Assembly: GCA_964016885.1 (NCBI GenBank)
Contig: OZ024742.1
Coordinates: 74,462,001 to 74,526,000 of the forward strand
DNA: 64,000 bases
Source: Eledone cirrhosa
Taxonomy: Eukaryota
Direction: 5' to 3'
The notes beneath the pieces are model-generated. The model saw only the letters and a program-made list of their open reading frames with translations. It was not told the origin of the DNA and ran no database searches. Shown here piece after piece: positions 48,201 to 59,800 of this stretch; position 1 is the first letter of the stretch; each line of letters starts with the position of its first letter. Both the position numbers and the translations under genes were made by a program.

Positions 48201-49740
48201 GAGAGCTTACCATCAATCACCTCCTCTTCATGGACGATCTTAAGCTCTTCGGGAAAAGTGAGAAGGAGTTGGATGTGCTTGTTGACACTGTCCGTATTTT
48301 CAGCAGTGATATATGTATGCAGTTTGGTATTGGTAAATGTGGAGTCATTGTGATGAAGAGGGGTAGGTTGAGCAGAAGTAACGGGATCCAGATACCAACA
48401 GGTGAGATGATAAAGGAAATTGACTCTGAGGAAGGATACAAGTATTTGGGTGTTCTGGAGGCTGATGGCATAAAGAACAAAAAAATGAAGGAATTGTTAA
48501 GAACTGAATACATTCGGAGAGTAAGGAGCGTATTGAAGTCACATCTGAACAGCAGAAATGCCATAAGCGCAGTAAATTCCCGAGCTGTGTCTATTATTAG
48601 GTACAGTGCGGGAATTCTGAGATGGAATGTTGCTGAACAGAAAGAAATGGATAGGAAGACTAGGAAGCTATTGACTATCTACAACATGTTCCACAAGAGG
48701 AGTGATGTCGATAGACTCTACCTAAGGAGATCTGAGGGTGGAAGAGGTCTTATCAGCATAGAGGACTGTGTTCAGATGGAGAAAAACAACCTATACAAAT
48801 ACGTGACCTATAGTAAGGAGCCAATGCTCAGAGTTGTACTGAAGGAGGGGACAGTAGGCCAGGGGATGTCCAGGGAGGAAATAACATCAAGGAGGAAGAG
48901 CAGCCTTAAGGGAAAACCCCTTCATAGTACCTTCTTTGAGAAAACTGAATTTAGAGATCCACAGACATGGAACTGGTTGAGAAGAGGAGACCTCAAAAAG
49001 GCTACAGAAGGAATGCTAATGGCTGCGCAGGAGCAGGCCCTCAAAACGAAGTGGTTGAAGCACCATATCTACAAGGAGGAGGCCAGCCCACTGTGCAGGA
49101 TCTGTGGAGAGAGAGAGGAGACTGTGGCTCACATTGTGTCCGAGTGTAAACACCTAGCCCAGACCCACTATAAGGGCTGGAGACACGATGTGATGGGCAG
49201 GGTGATCCACTGGCACCTGTGCAAAGTAAACAATCTACCACATTCTGAGAAATGGTATGAGCATAGGCCAGAGGCGGTGATGGAGAACAATCAGGTGAAG
49301 GTGCTGTGGGATTTTAGGATACAGACGGACAAAAAACTGGAACACAATAGACCTGACCTGGTGGTTGTGGACAAAGAAAAAAGATCGTGCCTGATTGTGG
49401 ATGTGGCCTGCCCGTTCGACACGAGAGTGCAAGAGAAGGAGAGGGAGAAAATTAACCGATACCAGGACCTAAAGTGGGAGGTGAAAAGGATTTGGAACTG
49501 CCATGAAGTCAAAGTGATCCCGATTGTCATAGGCGCACTGGGGACTATCTCCCAAAGTTTCCAGGGATGGTTAAAGAAAATCGGCCCCTTCACGCTTTTT
49601 GGAACGCTTCAAAAGGCATGCTTGCTTGGACCAGCAAGAACCCTCCGATACGTCCTGAATATCTGAGGCTGCAGGTAGTGGCTTGATATTCAATCCAACG
49701 GACTTTCCAGTTAACCAACATCAATGACTGAGATTCAAGG
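45204..49740 (+). mobile_element. Full-length R4/Dong-clade RLE non-LTR retrotransposon, copy 1, in (AAT)n
   Basis: Same 5' end (gggaagaagacgcac) and 3' end (gagattcaagg) as 56851-61704; (AAT)n on both sides. Confidence 0.95.
46274..49666 (+). CDS. Intact 1130-aa RT plus restriction-like endonuclease polyprotein
   Basis: [47 protein letters not shown]...HIVSEC, RHD, RPD..IVDVACP..EKINRY. Confidence 0.95.
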   Translation: METRTSCDRLSPNRCPLAQQQEPDCQPNTADVGGRRRRKGARTNWTKELNRTVMQCYLKSNPKERGYRRRMHNIWNEIGLFKLDEQKLAGQARVIRTNGWISELELEELSRENGLEMAGVVCQTSEPVGNEGEEVLRTEEPPEADNDLSTEINNTWNRDTATEEMNADGLGQDSVDILNLVVDELNNDSGRPMNLRFVDRKKLKETTAKVNKVTPYLEARSLHQCNNILRATANTVRKLLGIKARGNNRQERAEPWWKKRLSGQIGEMRNDIGKLESLLNGTLKNIGTKNRLEIKYKTRSKKLNIIIEELKQRIVAKSAKIRRYENRVSQYKQNRMFDNNQNMLFGQLEGKERGNDLIPGAEQTKTFWRGIWEQDVRHNDQAGWIETVQREIGEQAQQQTDLSITVETLKGQAKKLTNWKSPGPDGVQGYWIKHLTSLHPKLTAMFNDCLVSGEVPEWLTKGTTVLIMKDRIKGNDATNYRPITCLPVMWKLLTSIVSEEIYHHLHTNNLLPDEQKGCRKKSRGTKDQLLIDKMVMGNCRRRHTDLAMGWIDYRKAFDMVPHSWITKSLEIFRVADNIRQLLGRSMGSCETELTSTGVSLGSVKIKRGIFQGDSLSPLLFVLALMPLTIMLRKVRAGYKLGRGELTINHLLFMDDLKLFGKSEKELDVLVDTVRIFSSDICMQFGIGKCGVIVMKRGRLSRSNGIQIPTGEMIKEIDSEEGYKYLGVLEADGIKNKKMKELLRTEYIRRVRSVLKSHLNSRNAISAVNSRAVSIIRYSAGILRWNVAEQKEMDRKTRKLLTIYNMFHKRSDVDRLYLRRSEGGRGLISIEDCVQMEKNNLYKYVTYSKEPMLRVVLKEGTVGQGMSREEITSRRKSSLKGKPLHSTFFEKTEFRDPQTWNWLRRGDLKKATEGMLMAAQEQALKTKWLKHHIYKEEASPLCRICGEREETVAHIVSECKHLAQTHYKGWRHDVMGRVIHWHLCKVNNLPHSEKWYEHRPEAVMENNQVKVLWDFRIQTDKKLEHNRPDLVVVDKEKRSCLIVDVACPFDTRVQEKEREKINRYQDLKWEVKRIWNCHEVKVIPIVIGALGTISQSFQGWLKKIGPFTLFGTLQKACLLGPARTLRYVLNI

Positions 49741-49775
49741 AATAACAATAACAATAATAATAATAATAATAATAA

Positions 49776-50915
49776 AACCTGTTGAAAAGCATGAGAGAAG
49801 TAAGAAGCTTCATTCTATCTTGAAGGAGAGCAAAAAATATGCTACTGATCTCATACTTGATACCCAGGCTGGACAGACTAAAGAAACTGTTGCAACTGAT
49901 GCTGCTAGGCTCATAAAATCACTGGCAAAAGCAAAAGGGCAAGGACAATTAGCATCAAATTGAGAGCAGAAACCTCTGCATGGCAAATATGTGGCCCGTA
50001 GCAAACAAGCTGATGTTGACCAAAAGCACATCCATCAGTGGCTACGCAGTTCAGGGCTAAAGGCGGAGAGTGAAGGCTTCATCTTAGCTACCCGAGATCA
50101 AAGCTTATTGACTCGTAATTACCAGGCCAATGTGATGAGAAACGGAATAAACCCAAAGTGCCCATTCTGCAATGCTGAGGTTGAAACAGTGGATCACATA
50201 GTCTCTGGATGTAAAGTTTTAGCACTAGTAGAATACAAATATAGACATGACAGAGTTGGCCAATATCTACACTGGGTAATATGTCGGCATTACAAAATCA
50301 AAGGTGAAGACAAGTGGTACAATCATCACCCTGAGGCTGTAACTGAAGGAGAAAAAGTAACAATTCTCTGGGACTTTCCTGTACATACTGACAGAACCAT
50401 AAAAGCAAATAGACCTGACATCATTGTAAAAGATCAACATAACAAGGTCTGTTTATTGATAGATATGAGCATCCCATTCGATCACAATATCGCAGCAAGA
50501 GAATTTGACAAGCTATAAAGATCTGCTTATTGAAATTGAGAAAATGTGGCACCTCAGGGCCGTTACAATACCAGTGATTGTGGGAGGACTGGGAATGATC
50601 AAGAAAGGAACAGAACAATATTTGCGAATGATTCCTGGTTTACCCTCTCTGCATGAGGTTCAACAAATTGTTTTGACTGGTACTGCACACGTATTGAGAA
50701 GAGCACTATCTCTGTAAGATTGATATCCCTCCTTGTATTTACATATGCATATGCACATGTGTATATATGTATACTGTTTTTTTTTGTTTATTTTTTTAAA
50801 TTATAATCAATGTGCTGTATTAACTGGCTTACCAATGCACACTGTGAATTTATTTGACCTAGGTGTCAGGAAGACACTCGGCATATATCTCAGAAACAAT
50901 AATGAAAGAAAATAA
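49776..50915 (+). mobile_element. 3' fragment of a different R4-like RLE family, in (AAT)n
   Basis: ESEGFILATRDQSL, CPFC..ETVDHIVSGC, RHD, RPDIIVKD..IDMSIP, VIVGGLG. Confidence 0.88.
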
Positions 50916-51178
50916 AAACAATAATAATAATAATAATGTTTTCTTTATTAACCACAAGGGTTTACATGAAGTAGACATTAAGGACAGTACAGGACAATAC
51001 AGGACGGTACAAATGGGCATTTCTGCGTGTAAAAAAAACAGCGGATGAAATAAAATAACAAAGAAATATTCCCCAGTAGGGGGGAGACTTCCGAGGGACA
51101 TTTGTGGAGAAAGCCCATTAAAAGACCACAGTGGCCCTGACCACCAGGGCAAGTGCCCTCTCCCAGTTTTCCACCTTT

Positions 51179-54100
51179 AATTTACAGACACATACTCAGA
51201 GAAGGCCCATTCATTCAGGCCATACTTGCTTCTCTCACCCATCTTTCAACAAAATGCTGGGAAGAGAGCACTTCCCTCTCTACCCTGATTTTCCTTTTCA
51301 AATGAAATTTGAAAAAGTTAATCAGGGCATCACCGAAGAGGTAAGTGCTCGTCTTCAGCCCTTTCAAACGTGTCCACCATACTATCTCTTTCGCCATGGC
51401 CACCAGACAGATAAAAACTGCCTGCCCTTCCCGGCTAAAGGAAGGGGGCGGCGCAATCCTCACGATGGACTCAGCTGATAGCTGGATCCGTCCTACACGT
51501 GACAGAAGGTGTTCGACATAAACCCACAAGTCAGCAATGCTCGGACACTGGACGAGTGCGTGCAGGACCGTTTCGTCGCCCTGTGCGCATCTCGGACATG
51601 CCCGGCTGACGGCACCTCCATGCCTGTAAAGTTTATCCCGAACTGGCAAAGCACCCCGGTAGCACTGCCAGGCCAGGGATTTCTGGAAGTTGTCCATAGG
51701 CCCCGGCCCGAAAGTCCTTCCGAAGAGATTGGCTAGTTGATTTTCGTCGACGCCTAGAGTTTCTCCAAGTACGTCGTCGCTCTTCCCCTCCACTAATCCC
51801 CTATAGAAGGTCAAGGTGGAGTTTCCACCGATCACATTGCCCGATTGGTCGAGGGCTGTGAGCGCCTGAAGACATTCCAGTCTCCAAGAGCTCCCTCTCG
51901 GTCTTCGCTTGACCCAGGACTGCAGCTCCGTCAAGGAGACGAGCTGGTGAAAAACGTGTCTAGCAAACGGCGACCACACCTGATCACCGTCGAGGAAGAG
52001 GTGGAGATGTCGTAGCCTGAGCGCGTGTCTGCGCATCATCAGCCACGGCATGCCCAGCCCTCCACGTAGCGGGTGTTGACAGCAGATGGACCGCCTGACC
52101 ATCGGAGCGCGTCCCTTCCACAAGAAGCGAAAGAGCAAACGCTCCAGCGCAGTCAGGCGGGGCTTAGGACAAGGTACGACGGTCAGGCGGTAGTAGATGA
52201 CGGACGCGATGTACGCGTTAGCCACCTCCGCTCGACCTTTCAGGGATAGCTTCCTCTCGGCCCATTTCTGTGTGAGAGAAGCCACCCTGCTCGTCACCTC
52301 GTCCCAGTTTTTGTCCGTCTGGAGGTCTGGACCGAACCAGACCCCTAGCAATTTAACCGGTCAGTCCGTCCAGCGCCCGACGACGCTGTTGGACGGCACG
52401 GACCTGCCTCTCCAGGTGCCGAGCTGCAGGCCCACTGAATTTTCCTGGTTGATCATTGCTCCTGTCACCGCTTCGTATTCTCTTAGTGTAGTGCCGATCG
52501 CCTCGATGTGTTTGGCGTTCGACACCACTACGGTGACATCGTCGGCATATGCTGACACGGATCTTCCGCATCCTAGTTCGCGCGGGACCCCCCTCAACGT
52601 CTCCAGTTTGTGCAGTAATGGCTCGAGAGTCAATACGTACAATAGGGACGAGAGGGGACATCCTTGGCGGACCGAGCGCATGATGTTGAACGGTTCCGAA
52701 AGGTGACCGTTCACTCTCACTACAGAGCAGATGTCGCTGTGCATGGCAGCGATCCAGCCTCTGAAGACGGGCCCAAAGCCAGCCGCCCTCAGGACTGTCG
52801 CCAGGTAACGATGGTCGACCCTATCGAAGGCTTTCGACTGATCTAAATTGATCAAAGACCCACCCGTTCCAGGTTCCCTAGCTACCCTCTCTACGATGTA
52901 TCGCATGAGGTGGAGGTTGTCGTGGATGGATCTGTCGGGAATGGCGCATGTCTGTGCCTCTCCCACCAGACCACCAACGACAAGCGCCAACCTCTTTGCT
53001 AGCACCTTGGCCAAAATCTTGAACTCTGTGTTTAGCAGAGTTATGGGCCTAAAATTATCTATGTTATCCCCCTTGTTCGGATCCTTTCTCAGCAGCGCCA
53101 CCGCTCCTCGGATCACAGAGCTGGGAATTCTCCCGTTCTGTTGCCAGTTGCAGTAGACGTCCGCCAAGAGGCCTCCGAACAAGTTTGGCATTTGTACGTA
53201 AAGTTCATAGGGCAGATCATCCAAACCAGGCGTTTACCCCTTGTGCAACTAGTCATTGCATCCCGTACTTCAGCGGTTGCTATCGGCTTTTCGCAACACT
53301 CCGCCTCAGTGGCCGAAAGCCGCGGCAGTCCGTCGAGGTAGACACTAAAGTCCATCCCTCGATCCGGCCCGCCACTGCCCCCGAACAGTTGAGCGAAGTG
53401 TCGCTGAAAAGCTTCACACATTTGCCCAGGATCGAGTAGCATGCGCCCGTCGTGGTCCACCAAAGACCGGATCGTGGCTTTGTTGCCACGACGCGCCTCC
53501 GCCACTCGGGCCCATTGAACGGCTTTCGTCCCCTCGTGTCTGAGAGCACGCACCCTAGCTCTGACAACGCAGCCTTCGTGCTTTGCATTGAAGAATTGGT
53601 CAAGGGCCAATTTCGCCGCAAGTACGTCGGTCGCGATGCCTTTGCTAAGCGCCTCATCTAATTTTCTAACTAATTCTCCCTCTGCTCTATTTTTCTCTAT
53701 TGCTAAAGTCTTACTAAACCTAATGGACTCTATTCTAATTGCTCTTTTCAGAGCAAACCACCACTTGTTGTTGACGATGGCCCCCGTCAACGCCCGCTTA
53801 ACTAGTTCGCTAATCCGGTCTCTGTAGGCCTTGCGCGCTGGTAAGGACGCGTTTAGCTTCTAGTAGCCGGGTCCTCGTCTATGAAGCCTATCTAAGTCAA
53901 GCACACAGATCACGAATTTGTGGTCCGTGTAGCTGACTATCTTGAATTGTGGACAGCCTATGCTAGACCTATCTATTTCCCTACAAAATACTCTATCTAG
54001 ATATGATCTGGATGACCCTATGCGATTTGTCCAAGTCCACATTGGTACATTCGGGAAATCCATTCGGTACCTGTCAGACAGTTCAAAACGTCTGAGCAGG

Positions 54101-54600
54101 TTGGTGAGACTCTTGCACCCTCCTTCCCTATCCACTAATCCCACACAATCCCAGCGTGCATCTAAGATCCCGTTCCAGTCGCCCACTAACACTAAAGAGC
54201 GGGACGTTCCAAGAAAGGTCTCCAGACGCCGGAAGAAATCAGGCTGCCCTGCTCCTGTCGGGGCATAGACGGCCACTAACCTGAAAGATTGGCCGTCTCC
54301 GCTAGTCACGTCCAGCGCCACCAACTTACCTTCTGGGTCCAGGAAGATGGCCCGCATGGCAAGATCCAAACCTCTCCGAAAAAGCACAGCAACTCCTCCC
54401 CCCGATCCCGGACGGCTGGGAGATGCGTACACATCGTAGCCGCCGAAGATCGGTGCGAAAGCCTGTGCTTCGGAGATTCTGGTCTCGCTGATGGCCACTA
54501 CATCTATGTTTAGTGACCTGAGGTCGTTGAGCAGGTGGCCCTGCTTCCATGACGACCCCAAGCCACGCGCATTTATGCTGCCTATTCTGAGTGAGGTCAT
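51179..54600 (-). pseudogene. Tx1 ORF2 (APE endonuclease, RT, C-terminal zinc knuckle) with a stop and a few frameshifts
   Basis: ORF pieces 53860-54600, 53113-53790, 52361-53224 and 51215-52351 are consecutive parts of one L1-type ORF2. Confidence 0.92.
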
Positions 54601-54634
54601 GTTGAAAAGGAGTGGAAAAGATGGGAAAGACCAC

Positions 54635-56594
54635 TTACCTTACTTCTCGTAGGGGAAGGACGGTTTTTCCATCCTTTTCACTGCTTGTGGCCTCCTCAGG
54701 AAGGATGTCCTTATAAATCCTCCTGAAGAGTGCTTGTCGGAAGTCTCCGATGTCTTTGGGGAATTTTTGTTTTAGTGTCATGTACGTTTTCTGTGTGATG
54801 CGAGTGATTTGTATGTGTGGAGGTGGTGTGAAATTTGGGGTTGTTGTGTAGTCTTTTTCTGTGATGCTGGTGTTGTGTTGGATGTAGTGTAATAATTGCT
54901 TGTTGTTCAAATTTAATGCTGTGTAGTGTGTATCGTTTTGGTTGTTTTGTTTTGTTTGCGTTTGTTGTGGGTTTGTTTCTGTTTCGCATTTTGGTGACTT
55001 TTGTGGTGTAGGTGATGGTGGTGTTGGGGTTAATGATGGTGATGGTGTTGGTGTTTGGGTTGATGGGGTTGGTGATGCTGGTGTGGATGGTGGCATATCT
55101 GTCCTAACTTTTTTGTTTCTTAATTTATTTGTTTCCCTCTGTATTTTGTTTTTGGAGGGGGAAGGAAGAGAATTTTTTCTTTTTTGGTTTCTTTTTTTTT
55201 TTCCTGATATCGTTTCCCACTCCTCGTCGTCACAATCTGTCTCCAGTTGTGATAGGCCGGGGAGTGGCAAATCCTCCACAGCCGTTAGTTTTGGTTGTGG
55301 CGTGGTGGATGGTGTAGGCGCTGGTGCTAGTTCTGAAGCGTTGGGTGGTGGTGGTGTTGGTTTTGCTGGTGGTGGTGGTGGTGTTGGTTTTGCTACTGTT
55401 GCTGGGGTTGTTGCTGTTATAGTTGCTTCTGTTGTTGCTGCTACAGTTGTTGCTGCCATCTCTGCTACTGGTGGTGTTGATGGTTGTGTCACTGGGGTGA
55501 GTAGGAGAGGTGGCCTCAACCTTTTAGCCTGAGGGCAGAAAGCCCTTAGGTGGGTTCCTTCACCACAAACGACACACCTAGGTCTTCTGCCCTCGACAAT
55601 TACCGTGAGGTGGCTGCCGTCAGTGAGGTCTATTACCTCTGGGATCTCCTCAATGCTTTTTTGGTCCGCTTGGATCAGGAGCTCCATCCCAGATCCGGAC
55701 CAGTTCTCCTGCTTTTCTTTTGCTATTGCTATTATTTTCGTGTTGGCTTCGATGCCGGCGAGGACAGCCGCTATTAGCCAGGGAATTTCGATGGCCGGTG
55801 GAACGTGGCTCACCCTGATCTTTACGAGTCTCTGGCCACAATAGCTTGGGACGACTGTGAAGTCGTCACTTCTTAATGGGACCATGGAGTGTTCTCTAGC
55901 CTCCTCTGGTGTTTCAAAGAACACGTCCACGGTTCCATACTTTTGACCACGTCTGATGTGGGTTTTTCTTTCCCACAAATGTCCCAAAGCTTTTTGGATT
56001 TGGGACTCGGATGCCCGTTCCACTCGGCGCGATTTTACATTTATTGTTCTATACGACACGGTGCATAGGCGCCGATGCTCCATTTTATTAGGGGGGGGGG
56101 GTGAGGCTGACCCTGTACCCATCTTTCTTTACCATTTGTTTGGCATTTTCTAAATCCTCCTGAGTTACCGTAAATGCTTCGAACTGTTTTGCTACTCTGG
56201 CGAAACTGAGGGGGGTTTTTATAATGTCATTGTTGTTGTTGTTGCTATCGTTAATATTAATTTTAGTTTCAGTTGTGGTGGTGGTGACGTCAGTCGTCTT
56301 TGGTGGGGAAGAGTTCATTTTGCTTGATTTCATTTCGACATCACGAGTTAATTTATTTTTTTCTTCTTTTGTTTCTGTTGTCGCGGTGGTGGTGGTGGTG
56401 GAGGCTTTAACACCTGCAGTCATTGGTAATGGCGGGAAATGAATGTCTGCCTGAGACAAATTTAAAATATTGCTACTGCTTATACTTTTTGTAGTGTTGG
56501 CAAACGTAGTAACATTTACAATGGTGGTGTCGGTGTGAGGTGTTAATTTGTGAGAAAGGCTTTCAGCTGCTTCGTGCAGAGGTGAATTAGCCAT
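54635..56594 (-). pseudogene. Tx1 ORF1 (RRM-like region, CCHC knuckle, Pro/Thr-rich tail), frameshifted at the homopolymer near 56090-56101
   Basis: ORFs 56088-56594 and 54635-56122; CVVCGEGTHLRAFC. The frameshift may be a homopolymer sequencing error. Confidence 0.85.
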
Positions 56595-56804
56595 TTTTTT
56601 TTCAAAGAAATTTTTTGATAATAATAAAAGTTAAAATTTGGGGCACAAGGCCCCAATCTTTTTGGGTGTCCTTTTCGGAAAACAATGTATGTGCGCTTAT
56701 ATATGGTTAACAATAAAAATGTTCCATAAATGGCAATTTTTAACACACGGAAATAACAAACCTTTGCGGAGCTCACGATGATACGATTTACTACGTAGGT
56801 CGCC

Positions 56805-56844
<40 letters not shown>

Positions 56845-56850
56845 TAATAA

Positions 56851-59800
56851 GGGAAGAAGACGCACGAGGTGACGGAGGTCATGAAATCGCTCCCGTAAGT
56901 TTTGAATTTTTAACATATTTAAATCATTTGTGAAATAACAACTCTTAGTACAAATGCTACGTAAAGCACCCGGCTTGAGCCCCAAAAAATTCGGACCCAA
57001 AATATATTGTTATAAGGCTCAAATATTCAAATATTCAACTTTGTATTGTACACTGTATATCCAAAAAAAAAACAAATGGCTATAAATGGAAGAAGAAGAA
57101 CCCCCCCCTCCTCTCCTCTGGCTACACTATATAGGACAGCTAAACTCACCAACACCAGAAACTAGATACACCGCCCACCCCATCATCTGTGTACACTAAA
57201 CACAACAGCATTTTCACCTTCACCGCCACCGCTCACTACGGCCATCATTACCACCACTATCCCATCACCGCCGCCACCACCCCTTGACTCCTTCACTGCT
57301 GCTGCCACCGCTACAGCACCATCACTACAGTAATACGGCTCAAATATTCAAATATTCAACTTTGTATTGTACACTGTATATCCCAAAAAAAAAAATAAAA
57401 TGGCTATAAATGGAAGAAGAAGAACCCCCCCCCCCCCCTCCTCTCCTCTGGCTACACTATATAGGACAGCGAAACTCACCAACACCAGAAACCAGATACA
57501 CCACCCACCCCATCATCTGTGTACACTAAACACAACAGCATTTTCACCTTCACCGCCACCGCTCACTACGGCCATCATTACCACCACTATCCCATCACCG
57601 CCGCCACCACCCCCTGACTCCTTCACTGCTGCTGCCACCGCTACAGCACCATCACTACAGTAATACGGTCGCATCACCGCCACCACTGCCTCGGTATCGA
57701 CATCACCGCCACCACTGTCTCAGTATCGCCAACGCCGCTAGTCTCTGCTGGCTACCACTTCCACATTATAGAATTCCTACTACTAACAAAGAGGAAGGCA
57801 TCAAAATATATAGATAGACTCAAAAGAAAAAAGAAAAAACAAACAACAAAAGCAGCACAGCAACAACAGTAAAAAACGAGAAAAACAGAGAAAAACAAAA
57901 ACAAAAAAAGAAACCCCAAAAACGTAAAGAAAATAAGAATGAAGAGAGAAGCAGGCGGACGGACAGAGAAGAGGGGGGAAAAAGTAAAACTTAAAAAACA
58001 AAAACTAAGTCAGACATTCGAATACTACATTACAATGAAACTTATGCTTATTCATTTTTGGGGCCCTTTCTGCCCGTGTGTTTGTTTGTTTATGTGTGTC
58101 CGTATACAGCGTGGTGATAATGCCACACAAGGGCCAAGTGGGATGGCGGATCCACAGATGGCTATGTAAACATACATTCGCCAATCCTCGATAAGAGTGT
58201 TTAAATATCGAACATAAACAGTTCGAATAACGGTGAAATGGAGACTAGAACGTCATGTGACAGACTCTCACCCAACAGGTGCCCCCTGGCTCAGCAGCAG
58301 GAACCTGACTGTCAACGAAATACTGCTGATGTTGGAGGAAGAAGAAGAAGGAAAGGGGCCAGAACCAACTGGACGAAAGAATTGAATAGAACTGTTATGC
58401 AATGCTACCTGAAAAGTAACCCCAAGGAGAGGGGCTACAGGAGACGGATGCATAACATCTGGAACGAGATTGGTTTATTTAAATTAGATGAACAAAAATT
58501 GGCCGGGCAGGCTCGGGTAATAAGAACTAATGGGTGGATAAGCGAGCTGGAACTGGAGGAACTGAGCAGAGAGAATGGCTTGGAGATGGCGGGTGTAGTA
58601 TGCCAGACAAGCGAGCCGGCGGGAAATGAAGGTGAGGAGGTCCTGAGAGCGGAGGAACCACCCGAAGCAGACAGTGATCTGAATACTGAGATAAATAATA
58701 CCTGGAACAGAGATACGGCCACTGAGGAGATGAATGCTGACGGGCTAGGACAAGATTCGGTTGACATCCTAAATTTAGTGGTAGATGAGTTGAACAATGA
58801 TAGTGGGAGACCTATGAACCTAAGATTTGTAGACAGGAAAAAGTTAAAAGAAACAACAGCTAAGGTAAACAAAGTCATCCCATTCCTTGAGGCGAGGAGT
58901 CTTCACCAGTGCAACAATATCCTCAAAGCAACAGCAAATACGGTGAGGAAACTACTTGGTATAAAAGCGAGAGGAAACAACAGACAAGAAAGAGCAGAGC
59001 CGTGGTGGAAGAAGCGACTGAGTGGGCAAATCGGGGAAATGAGAAATGACATAGGAAAGCTTGAGTCACTACTGAATGGGACACTAAAAAACATAGGCAC
59101 TAAAAATAGACTGGAAATAAAATACAAAACTAGGAGTAAAAAGCTAAATATTATCATAGAGGAATTGAAGCAACGCATTGTAGCAAAGAGTGCCAAAATC
59201 AGGCGATACGAGAACAGAGTCAGTCAGTATAAACAGAACCGCATGTTCGACAACAACCAGAAGATGCTGTTTGGACAGCTTGAGGGGAAAGAAAGAGGCA
59301 CCAACTTGATCCCTGGGGCGGAACAAGCTAAAACATTCTGGAGAGGAATATGGGAGCAGGATGTTAGACACAATGCCCAGGCAGGGTGGATTGAGACAGT
59401 ACAGAGGGAGATCGGTGAGCAGGCACAGCAACAGACTGATTTGAGTATCACAGTTGAAACTCTTAAGGGGCAAGCCAAAAAACTAACCAACTGGAAATCA
59501 CCAGGCCCAGATGGTGTGCAGGGGTATTGGATTAAACATTTAACATCCCTCCACCCGAAGCTGACGGCCATGTTCAATGACTGCTTGGTGTCGGGTGAGG
59601 TGCCAGAGTGGTTGACAAAAGGTACCACAGTTCTGATAATGAAAGACCGAATCAAGGGTAATGATGTTACCAACTATAGACCTATCACATGTCTGCCCGT
59701 AATGTGGAAACTGTTGACGAGCATTGTGTCTGAGGAAATCTACCATCACCTCCACACAAACAACTTGTTGCCGGACGAACAGAAAGGATGCCGAAAGAAG

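Larger units (their letters stand above)
50938..56804 (-). mobile_element. Full-length, lightly mutated Tx1-clade LINE in (AAT)n
   Basis: 5' UTR, ORF1, ORF2 and 3' UTR with AATAAA; (AAT)n on both sides. Confidence 0.95.
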
